From positions 7,192,001-7,256,000 of the forward strand of contig OU015566.1 in the NCBI GenBank assembly GCA_907165135.1: a stretch of 64,000 bases of DNA, written 5' to 3'. Positions 26,390-38,300 of the stretch are shown piece after piece. The position numbers and the translations under genes are program-made. How positions within the stretch are numbered: the stretch's first letter is position 1; every line of letters begins with the position of its first letter. Below the pieces are notes generated by a model. The model did no database searches, was not told the origin of the DNA, and saw nothing but the letters and a program-made list of their open reading frames with translations. This stretch comes from Oikopleura dioica. Its lineage: Eukaryota; Animalia; Chordata.

Positions 26390-29300
26390 TTAGCTGGTAG
26401 CTGTTGTGGGCTGGGGCTGACTGACTGTCGGAGAAACTGTTGCGACAGGCGGTGCGGGAGGCGAAATTGGGAGCAGACTTCCAGCGCTGGTTGAAGCTGG
26501 TGGAGGCGGAGGAGGAGCCAGGTTTGCTGCAGAGTTGGGAACAGAGTGGTTGATCAGCGGCAGAAAACTCGGCTGCATCGCGGCTGACGAAGTGGGAGTA
26601 ACTTGGTTGTAAGCTGCGAGCTGCGAAGTTTGGTTGATTTGAGAGGGGTCCATTCCCGGCACCATCGTTGCTAAAAATGTGTCTATTAGCGAGGATGTCT
26701 AGGAATAGAATAGGAATCGGATGATGATAATGTATGTGGAGGATAATTGATATTATTTTATTCAGGAGACTAGGAATAGACTTTTCTCTCAAAGAATTAA
26801 AAAGTGCCTAATTACACCAAACAAAGCTTGATGAAAGATATATTTCGAATATCGTGTACGTGTTTCTCACAGTACATAAGTTGGATAACTAATTGCGTTT
26901 ATCGTATTCGCGAGCGGGAATACAAATAGTGAGCGACGAACGTTGTTAAAAAGAGCAAGTTTTATTGTGGTGTCTCTGAGTAAAAAGTAGAGTTGTGTGT
27001 GTGTGAACTGTGTCAGTGAGAAATAAGATCGTTTATATATGGTTTTCATAAACCGTGGTGAGCTGTTAGATCGTGGTGAGTGACTTTTTCGTGAGTCGTG
27101 AGTTGATCCTAGTCCGTGGTGAACTGTGCTTTCGCGGTTGGCGGCGGAGCGTTCGCGCGTGGTGAAATGCGCTTCGCGAGTCGTGAATAGCGCTTCGCGG
27201 GTCGTGAACTGCGCGCGGCGCGGCGCGGTGAACTCAAGTGGCGGATGACTAATGAGAAACACTACATAATTCCTCCTCCATTTATTTTTAGATCGTTTGT
27301 CTTTCTGGTAGAGGAATGTCCTGTGTTTGTGAGTCCAAGATTTCATCAAGGATGTTTTGTCCATAAGCAGTAATTGTGGCGAAAGGATCGTTTTGGTTGA
27401 CGAGAGAGTCAACGAGCGGCTGTTGAGCTGGGCCGACCGGAACATCATTTACTTCTTCGATGAACTGTATTTCTGAATGAGCCGAGGTGTTTGTTCGTGA
27501 GTCTCTCAACCCAAGGTGCTTCAGGTGTTCGTGAATTATGAAGGTGACCTCAGATTTCAGAATTCGTAGATCGGAAATTTCGATATTTTCAAGTCTTCTC
27601 CAAACAGACCTTTGTTTTGCCCATTTCCTTGCATATTCGGAGACAATTGAATTTCTTGTTTCCGGATTTGCTCCTTGGGCAGTAAGTATTAGGCATTTGC
27701 AGGAAAAGATAAGGAGACACTTCAGGTTACTGTCGATCGTGCTGAGATTGAGCGATTTTTGAGTCAAGATTTGGAACCAATTTGTCTTTTCCTTGATAGA
27801 TACTTCGATTTCTTCGAGAAGCTCTCTGATTACTAGAGTTTTCTCACAGTCGATTTCTTCCACAATTGGTATTTTTATTCCCATGACAAAATTGAGCGCG
27901 AATTGTTGGTATCTTCGTTTTATGCAGCATCTCTGAAGGTGGAAAATATCTGTTTCAAGGTTAGTCGGCATTTCTCTTCTGCTTAGCAATTTACATGATA
28001 GAAACACTTTTTCTTTTAATTACTTCCGGACTTCTCTTTTTGCCACTTGAAACACGGATAAGTGTGATCGTAGGAACTGTGACTAGCGTGGTTGATCTGT
28101 TGAGCTTCTAACTCTTCTTGTAAACTCATTTTTCGATTTGGCTTGTTTCAGTCGGTGCATTTCCATTTTCACGTTGGGGGAACAGGGATGTGACGACGGG
28201 TCCCTTTTGTCCTGGCGCGGGAGATTTCGAGTGTTGCAGCGCGCAGGGATGTTTTTTTCTGTTTGAACAGCCATTTTCATCGATTTGGATTCTCGACTGC
28301 GAGCTCGAGCAGGAGCTTTTTTGAAAAACCAAGTGAGCAATTGAACATTTGCGAGCAAACGAGCAGTTTACATTTCTTCTCTTCCCCCTTTTAGAACAAG
28401 GAGATTCGCATCGTTCCATTTGAGCTGGGAGAATGCGGCAAGAACATATTTTCGAATAAGGTGATTGGCAACTGCACACATTGCCAACATCTGCGGAAGT
28501 GCGGCGCAAGGTTAGGAATAGCGGTGCAAGTAGAGGGCGCCGATTACTTGAACATAATCAATTTTATGCGGTCGTAAATCCACAGTGGCCTGTATAAACT
28601 TTCACGGCGATTGAACGGAACTTGACTCTCTCTCTCTCTCTTTACGAGTGTGCATCATATCGCTAAAGTTGTGATCATTGTATTTGAGCATCGTTCGAAC
28701 GGCAAACAGGGCTTTTATACTTCATTATTCGAGTTTCTATTGAGCAATTCATGAGTTGAACATCTCATCTTATTGTTATTGTCTAGAGCGAAGACGATCT
28801 TTCCATATTGAATCCTTCTTATCCTTTTGATTGATCAGCAGTCGATCATTGACTGTACTAGGAGGGTCTTCTGAGCAAGGATTGTGAGCTGGAGCTTCTT
28901 CATCTTTCAGAGCAGATTTACTTGATTTAGCTTGTTTTGGATCTTGAACTTCAGTGTGTTTTGAACAAGGAGCTGATTTTTAAGCTTGAACTTTTTCTGG
29001 TTTGAAGTCGTTTTGAGGCTTGTCACTGCAGATCACTTGCGTTTCATCGTCCTCAGTTTTGACTTTGAGCGGTCGGATCAGACTAATATTTCTACGGTAC
29101 TCTTTTCTGGTGAGCGGGCACTTCAGAATGTAGCTGTCTTTTGAAAGCCTTCTATGAACTTTGAACGGTCCAGACCAGGACAATCCAAGTTTTCCAGAGT
29201 AAGGATCAGGTTTCCAACAGAGAACATTACTTCCAATTGGTAAAACCGGACAGTTGTTCTTGTCACGTTTTAACAATGACTGGTATCGTTGGACTTGGAA

Positions 29301-32300
29301 GTTAAGCAGAGCAGGATGTAACTTCTTGAAATATGAATTTAACCCTCTAATGAATGGCTGGATATTTTCTGTGATCGGCTCTTTGAGCGAATAAGGAACA
29401 TGAAATTGTCTTCCGTACACAACTTCATTACTTGATAAACCATCCAAGGAGCCTTTTGGAGTGTTGTTCAAAAAGTACTGTACCAATGGCCAGTAGTCGG
29501 ACCAAGTGCGATTAGTGGCGAGTTGGTTCTTGAGCTTCTGGTGGATCTCTCGATGGATTCGTTCGCACTTTCCATTTGACTTACTGTAATATGCGCTTGT
29601 TGTACTTCGGCGTATTTCAAATCGGTCAAGTATGGCTGTTGTTTTTGGGCCAAACTCTTTGCCATTATCGGAAATACAGTTTTCGGAGATTCCGTGCCTC
29701 AGTATTATTCGAAGTAGAGCTTTAGATACGAGATTGTCGGACTTGTTTGAAAGTGGTTCTCCATCAAGGTAGCCACTTAGACTATCAACGACAGTGAGCA
29801 AATATCGTTTTCCAGCTTGATCTGGTCGTCCGTAGTCCACAAGGTCAATATGGACCTTTTCAAAAGGGAGTTGAGCAAATTGGCGATCCTTTATGAGCGA
29901 AGGTCTCATTTGTTTGAACGGCTTGAGTCGAATGCATGTTTCACAGGAGCTTGTGATCGCGCGAACTTTCTGTTGTATGTTGTTTATAAAGAATTTTCGT
30001 AGCATCTGCAGGAGCTGTTGACTTCCGGCATGAGCTGTCAGGGAGTGCAGATAAGAGATAAATTCATCAGCAACAGCGCTTGGAAGAACCAATCTGTTAT
30101 TTGAATAAAGAACATCATTTTTGAGCATAAGTCTTTTCGGTGACTTGTTCAGCTTCGCTTTCACTCGAAGATTTCTTGTAACTGAGCATGCGTCTTGAGC
30201 AGTTGCCATTTCCTCTGCTGTAAATGATCGGTTTTCGAACGAGAAGATAACATCACTTTTTGTTAACGTTGACAATGCAAAGATTGTATCATCAACGTCG
30301 AAGAAGTTTTCGGAGTCTCTCTCAAGGTCAGAACTTTTTGACTTTGGTAAACGGCTGAAGAAATCTGCAGAGGCCATTTCAGGACTTGATCCGCTTTTGT
30401 GAATGATCGTGAAGTTAAAAGCGAGGAGGTAATTATGTACATTACATAATTTTATGTCCAATTTCTGTTTTCGTGATTCCCAAAATAGAAAGAGCAATGA
30501 TTTATGGTCAACATAACAATCGAATTCGCAGTTGATCAGGTAGTACTCAAAAAATTGGATTCCCCAGCAGAGAGCGAAGAGTTCCTTGATTCTCATTGGT
30601 CGCTTAAGGTCGGGACCCGTAAGAGCTTTGCTGAAGTATCCAAGGGGTGCGAATCGATCGTTTTGAACTTGATAAAGTGTTCCTCCGACTGCGTATCCAG
30701 ATGAGTCGGTAACAAGGACGAGTTTGCATCCGGGTTTGAAGTGCGCGAGAGTCGGCTCTTTCAGGAGTTCACTTTTTACTGTATCAAAAGCTTTCTGGTG
30801 GATGTCGGACCACTCGTATTTCGCTTTTGCTGATGTCAGACGATAGAGCGGGGACAGGATTTCACTTCCGTGTTTGATGAATTTAACATTAAAGTTAACC
30901 ATGCCCAAATATCTCTTCAGTTCAGCTTTGTCTGTCGGTGGTTCCATCTTTTCAATCGCTTCAAGATGTTTTCGGAGCGGTTTGATACCATCAGAAGTGA
31001 TTCTGTGACCAAGAAAATCTAATTCTGTACTGGCGAGCTTACACTTTGCGGCATTCAGGACTAGCCCATGTTCGTAGCAGGTTTTAAAGACAAATTCTAG
31101 TGCTTGCAGATGGTTTTCCCAATTATTGTCAATCACGATCAAATCGTCCAAATAAAGCAGAATAGAGTCATGTTCCATCAGCTTGTTCATGATTCTAGAA
31201 AAACAGGCTGGGGCATTGCATGATCCATAGAGCATCCGGTTAGCTTGGTAATGTCGGTTGTCGTAACTGAAGGCCATCTTGTGGGCATCAGCTTCATGAA
31301 TGAGCACTTGCCAATATCCACGAAAGAAATCGACTGAACTAATGTAGCATTCTTTACCAGTGAGTTTCTTTCCAATGGACGTAAAAACACTTTGCATACT
31401 CGGCAATGGAAAGCGATCTTTCACCAACAGCTCATTGATCATTCGCGCATCCAAGGAAACTCTAATTGAATCATCGTTTTTACGTAGTATAATGAGCGGA
31501 ATATTAAACGCTGATTGTGTTTCTTGAATGACAGTGAGCTGCTTCCAGTTTTCCATCTGATAACTGACTTTTGGAACTAGGTGTATTGGAATTTTCCGAG
31601 GTGGTTGGTGTGCCGATTTCGTTTCGTCATACAGTGGGAGCGAATATCTGAAACCAAAGAGTCGACCAAGATCGTTTGTGTCCATGTTGAAGGAGAGTCG
31701 CCATTTGTGAGTTAAAGTTTCGAGCTGTTTCTTCTGTGTTGGATCAGCTGAGCCATAAGATCCAATTTGGGGAACAAAGTTTATTTGATAAGCTTTTTCC
31801 GATCGTAGTTTTACGAATTTTTCGTACTCTTCTTTTTCACGACCAGTCTCTTTATCAATTTCGATCAAACCAGTTAGGAACATATCAGAGGAATTTGGAT
31901 CAATTGTTGGAATAACCTTATTTTTGAGCGTAATTGAGTTTTCTTCGATTGTTATTCCTTTAAGGATATCCATCCCCAAGATGATCGGGCAAGATAAGTT
32001 TTGAACGATGAGCGGGTCCAACTTCAATTTAAGTGGCGAGGAGCTGGTTTCAAATTTGGCGTCGATTGGAGAGCTGAGCGTTTTCACATTGACGATTTCT
32101 GAGTTCGCACACTTGAGCTTTATTGAAGATGGGATTTGTTTGTTAATAGTAGACGGAAGGAGATCTAGGACGTCTGAGCGTAAACATGTCCTACTTGCGC
32201 CACTATCGATAAGGCAGGGAAATTTTAGTCCGTTGAGCTGAATGTTGACGAATTTAAGGGAGGCCGGTGCGAAAAGAGCACTTTCGCAAGTTTCAATGAC

Positions 32301-35300
32301 TTTTGATAGTCATGCCTCTTTCTTGATGATCTTCTCGACTTCTTCTGGGACTGTTTCTGAATGGAGGTATTTGCATTTTTCGCCAAATCGGCATCGACCA
32401 TTTCGAACAAAGGCGATGCAGTGTCCTTGGAGCTTGTCAGTAGGGATTCTCGGTCGTGTTTTCCGTTTTTTCTTTTTCACAGGTTCTTTGGCAGAAGCGA
32501 CTATTTCTTTCAGCTGAGAGCAGAGCTGCGCCATTTCAGATTCTTTTCCATTATTTGAGCATTCAGCGGCGAAGATGTTTTCTCGTTTGTAGAAGCTACG
32601 TTCTAGTTCCATGGCACGTTGAGCGATATTTTGAAGATTGAGCAGAGATTTTTCTCGTCGTAGCAATTCGGCAAGTCGCGGATCCTGGCATTCGATAAAT
32701 CGGTCACAAATAATTGACTCATCTGCAGCGTCAAGTACCAGCTTTCCGTATCCCTTTTTGAAGTATGCTTGAAGCTTCGTTACTGCCATTTGCTGAGTCT
32801 CTTGGCCTCTCTGGAACGAAGTGTAGAGATATTTAAAGTGTTCTTTATCTTTGCCGAGAACTTGGATGAGCTTTGTTTTGAAACTTTCCCAGTTCTTCTT
32901 CTCTTCTTCTGTAATGGCTTCAATCAAAGAGGTTCCACTTTCTTCCATAAGAATTTGAGATAGAGCGACGCTTATAAGATCTGCATCTGAAATTTTCGAG
33001 CATTTTCCATAGAGTTCCATGTTGACGATCCAATTTTCAACTGGTAGTTGCGAGTCGAACTTCGGGGTTTTCATTTTTATTTGTCCAAAGGGCTTTGATC
33101 GATCCGGTGATGCTTCCTTCTTCTTCTGAGCAGGATCTGGTTTAGGAGCATTTTCGGTTTTTGGAGCAGAACCAGCTGGTTTAGAGTCAGAGTTTGGTGG
33201 TTGGAACTTTGTTTCCTTCTTTTCAGACTCCTCAATTCGAGCAAGAATTGAGTTCAGGTTATCCACAACAACGATTTCGTTGATTTTAGCTATATCAATT
33301 TTATGATCCGCCCGGGCAGTCTTCTGAACTGCTTCTTGAATGTTGTTCACATCGAAATCGGGATCATATTCGAGCTTTTGGCCCGTTTTTCGAAAGAAAT
33401 ATTTCTTATCCATAGTATCGAATAAGTCAGGCTGAATATCGAGCAGATTCAGGACACATCCAGACTTGTCGAATCGAGGAATAGGGAGTGGATATTTTCG
33501 CCTCGGACTTTTGTCATAGATAAGCATAATTTCTTTCGCAGTCAAATCGACTACGAACTTATAATAAAGTTCTCCCATGACACCGTTAAAATGGGTAAAT
33601 TGGGTAACCTGTAGTACCTCGAGTCAGTTCTTTGACAACCACGGTCTGAAGAGCGTCAGGATAATTTCAGCAGCAATTCTCTGTCTCTAGCTGGATTGTA
33701 GTTCCGTTTTCTTCAGTCACCAAAATATGTACGTGTTTCTCACAGTACATAAGTTGGATAACTAATTGCGTTTATCGTATTCGCGAGCGGGAATACAAAT
33801 AGTGAGCGACGAACGTTGTTAAAAAGAGCAAGTTTTATTGTGGTGTCTCTGAGTAAAAAGTAGAGTTGTGTGTGTGTGAACTGTGTCAGTGAGAAATAAG
33901 ATCGTTTATATATGGTTTTCATAAACCGTGGTGAGCTGTTAGATCGTGGTGAGTGACTTTTTCGTGAGTCGTGAGTTGATCCTAGTCCGTGGTGAACTGT
34001 GCTTTCGCGGTTGGCGGCGGAGCGTTCGCGCGTGGTGAAATGCGCTTCGCGAGTCGTGAATAGCGCTTCGCGGGTCGTGAACTGCGCGCGGCGCGGCGCG
34101 GTGAACTCAAGTGGCGGATGACTAATGAGAAACACTACAATCGGAAATAATATTCCTTCAAGTGGAACGCATATCTTGGGCTAACTTAGAACGATTTCAC
34201 TAGTCACACAAAGAGAGGCCTTTTTATTCAAGTAGTTAATAAAAACATGATCATAGTCGGTCTTTTCGCTGACCCGTGCAGTATATAGCCCTTGAAATTA
34301 ATGTGGGGAACAAACGCCGCCGCCCTTGAGGAAGAGGGTTAAGGTAACCCGGCCAGGTGCCGGTCCTCGAGCACGTGATCCCCTACGCCTTCCCGTTGCC
34401 AAAACTAATTCCGCTTTCTGCTTTCCTTGTGATCAGGAAAAGTACCTGCTACAATGGCGGCGCTGCCCTTTGATCGCGATCCGAGTGCTAGAATAAGGAT
34501 CAGCCGGGATAAAAAATGGGCGAAATGCAGGGTAAACAAGGGGGATTTGAATGAAAACCAGCTATGGCTCAGCGCGCAGCATGATAAGAACTCATTTTTT
34601 TTGAACAATTGGATATCGACATTTTTGGGTTCAAGAAAGTCAAAAAAAAAATTGAATTTTCTGGTCTTGATTGCCGAGAAAAAATGACAATCTTGGGCTG
34701 TTTTACCGAAATTTTGTCAACAATCTTGAAGACCAAAATGTCGATTTTCTAGTACCGGTAGACAATGTACAGGCTTTTTGGACAAAAAACGAATGCAGGA
34801 GGAAAAGTGTCTTATTGAATCACAGCTCAGGGTCGGCAAGATGATAAGCAGTATTTACGCAAACAACGATAAAGAGGAAATTTACTGCTTGAGCGAGCAG
34901 CGAATAAAGCTCGGAGGAGGCATTTTGCGCGGCGGAATGTATTCAGTCAGCTGCGCCAAGACACATAATTCGCACCTGATAGCTGGAGCCAGCACCGCCA
35001 CTAACACCAACATCGCCAAATACTCGCTGGTGCAAGTTGCCAGTAGCTAGTTCTAGCGCTGCTCTCCCAAGAAGCATCGCACTTTGTCGCGCCCAGCTGG
35101 TGAGGGCAACGTCTCTCAGCCAAGAGCTCATTAGGGAACAAGCACTTATAGAATTTTATCGTGCAAAGAACCTTTATAAGAGCATTAAGAGCAACTTAGC
35201 GCGAGCTAGGGGAAGATAAAGTTTATCGGGGTCAGAATTCAACAATTTTATTTTAGAATTTTGAATTGAAAAAAATATTCAATTCTTTTGAAATAAATTT

Positions 35301-38300
35301 CATTCATGATTTTCCGAGACCATTGATTTGATCAAAGAAACAGTAAAACGATAAATTATAATAAAAAGTTCATGTGAAAAAAGCGCCATCGTGCGGTATT
35401 CTAGCGGCTAATTAAAGATATTTGAATTTTTTCTCAAGAAGAAATGTGCGTCAATAGAGATCAATTATTCCAGATAATTAAAAGCAAATGTGCTAAGCCA
35501 AAGAATTAACGTAGAAAATTCACTTTAATTATCTGATTATTCAATTAGAATATTTTATTCTGAATATAACATGTGGTAATATCCATCTTGAACCGCTCTA
35601 AACTCAACAAGAAAAATGTCTGCAACAACTGAAAGTCTGTACAAAAGGCAACTTTCTACACTGTAGAATCTACAGTGATTTGATGAGCACACTATTAGTG
35701 ACCGCTTTAGACAGCTTTCAGCTGCTTTGGCCTTCGTCAGTCCAAATAACACTTGCCGCGGCCAAATATGCCCCTGTCGGAGCAAATCACGACATGCTGT
35801 CCAGCTCCATGTCACTTTACTTTTTTCGCCCATTATTATCGACGAGTAAACAGTTCCTAAATGGTCTCCCAGTTTTTGACCTTTGCCCAGGAAAAAGCGA
35901 AACAACACAGGTTTTCTAAAGGTTAATCTTGTCCAGATAGTAATTACATATGCTGTCTGGTCGACACTTTTTCGTGCTCAACACGTGGATTTTGACAAAT
36001 AGAAAATTTAGCAGATGTGTTTGTTGGGCCTATAAAATGGACTTAACCAATTTATGGAAGTGAATTTTTGGATAACCAATAAGATTGCTGTATTTGGCCT
36101 ACCGGCCAATCAAAACCCTGATCCATAAAATCACTTCTATAAACTGATTCAGCCCCATAAAATCTAGATTTACAGTCTAAGCTCGCTAACCTGTCTCAAA
36201 AACCTGAGTCAGGGTCTTAAAGAGGGGTAGAACCAATTTTCGGAACAGATTTTTATGGAAAGGGTTTTGATTGGCCGGTAGGCCAAATACAGCAATCTTA
36301 TTGGTAATCCGAAAATTCACTTCCAAAAATTGGTTTAGTCCTAAAAGACTTCTGTATCAAAGAAATAGAAAAAAAATTATGGTCTCTATTCTGACAATAA
36401 ATTACTTTCACAAATGACCATTAAACAAGTGAGAAAAAAAGCGCACGAAAGTCATCATCTTCGACTCCAGCTGAAAGGTGCGCTCGAGTCTTCAACAAGA
36501 TCAGGCGCGTGTGATTTCTTTTTTCGAAAATCCTTCATCATTAACCATTTAGCGATCAGGTGGCGGCGGGGCGTATTACTTGATCCTTGGCTAAGGTACC
36601 CGGATAAGCCCCCCCGAGAAGGCATTTTTGCGAAGTTGAAGGGTGTGAGGTGCTCTCACTTCTGAGCTCGCTCAACGAGGCCTGGATCAGAGCAGTGAAA
36701 AGAGGATTGGCAGATTCAGAAGAGGCAAAAAACATCTGCCGCTTCTTAGTAGCTCCAGGTGCTAATAGCACTCATGAAATCGGAATTTTAAACCATTCAG
36801 AAAAGAGCCGGTATCATATACATTCACGTATAAAAAAGAATATGAGCACTTGATGGAGAGGCATTATTATACGGTCTAAATTATACTTTAATTTAATCGT
36901 TTACAACTTTGAGGTGCGAAAAAGGATCAAAGTGTATGAAATAAAATAAGAAACAAAATGAACTTTGTCAATAAACATTTCTGAAAGTGAAATAATAGAG
37001 AATTATTGCGATTGTAAAAGCTGAAAATTATGTTGTAAAGAATAAACCTTAGTAGATATTTTATTTCGTAAATAAAAATCATTCTTTATCACATTTCCTT
37101 GCACACTTTTTTAAATTTTCAATTTCTCATCTTTCATACACCAATTTAAGCCTTAATAATTCCAAGGGCTTAGCGTTAACGTTAGTCTGTTATTGTTTTC
37201 ATAAGGGAGAGCAGCTGAAAGCTGGACAAGGTCACTTGAATCGAGAAACGCAAGAAAAAAAACGCACCCTCATTTTATTTCGACCCTTCCCGGCGCCAAA
37301 ACATTCTCAAATTCAACATTTGCACTGCCATATGTTCTCAAGTGCAGAAAGATGGTCCTCGCCTTGCTATTTTTAATTAATTTGAATCGGGAAAAAAATC
37401 GAGCAACTTTTACTAACCATCATTATAAAGCTCTTGTTCTGGAAGAAGATAATCGTTTAGCCTCTTAACTTTTTTGAAACTGTATCTTTGAAAATATTAA
37501 AAAAAACACCACACATAGAAATTCGAACAAACATTCGAGGGTTAGGATTCCGGTTAGGGTTAAGAGTAAGGGACCCTAATCGGCCATTAGTAATGGCTAA
37601 CCCTAACTTAGGGTGGCAAACTCTTCAATCTGCGCAGATTTTTGACCAATTATGGAGCAAATTCTACCTGGCTATCAAAAACTGACATATTTTTCCGTGA
37701 ATTTAATAAGTACAGACAGCGTCTAATAGACAGTAAGCGAGAAGAATGTACAGTGAATGATTAGCCAGGTAGATTTTTTAGTAAGAATATCATTTTTAAT
37801 CTGATTATTTATCCGAGAAAGGGAGCAACATCGACGAAGGGCGGGTTAATGCTAACATCGTGCATTCCTCTTTGTTGCATCAAGTACTCACCTCGCAGTT
37901 GAACTTCGAGTTGAGCGATCACTTGCACCGCTTGCTGAAGAATCACCAGTTTCGTCTGTGGCTTGTCCGTTTTCAAGTGCGCCTGGCAGATGCGGCCGAG
38001 GTCTTTGAATGCTTCGTTGATGTCTTTTACGCGCAGTCGTTCCCTGGCGTTGTTCGCCAATCTACTGAAATATTCATGTAAGAAAAGTGTCTGTAAAAAG
38101 AAAGTACTGTAGAATGAGTTGTTCTCTCCAAATTAAAAGTAGATTACAAATAATTTTTAGCTTTTTTTCGAGCAAAATTTTTGTCCTTCAAAAGGTCGAT
38201 TTTAAGCCAATCAGAAACCTTCAATTTGGATTTCTACCAATCAGCGACCAAGTTAACATTTACCCTTTTATTTTATATTTAAAACTATCAAAAAAAATAT

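Larger units (their letters stand above)
26855..34139 (-). mobile_element. Full-length Ty3/gypsy LTR retrotransposon (probably Tor-type), 7285 bp
   Basis: Two 412-bp TG...CA LTRs, ATCG target duplication (26851-26854, 34140-34143), PBS, PPT, gag, PR-RT-RH-IN pol, third ORF. Confidence 0.97.

Noticed and set aside
26867-27448. 193-aa and 131-aa ORFs through the LTRs with FTTRE repeats (also 33740-34135)
   Set aside because: Peptide repeats simply mirror the TTCAC(C/G)AC DNA repeats; non-ATG starts.
33570-33578. Gag N-myristoylation (MG start)
   Set aside because: MGELYY lacks Ser/Thr at position 6 and has acidic residue 3; poor consensus.
35555-35908. 117-aa intronic ORF in E-protein A
   Set aside because: No recognisable domain, non-ATG start, no supporting splice chain.
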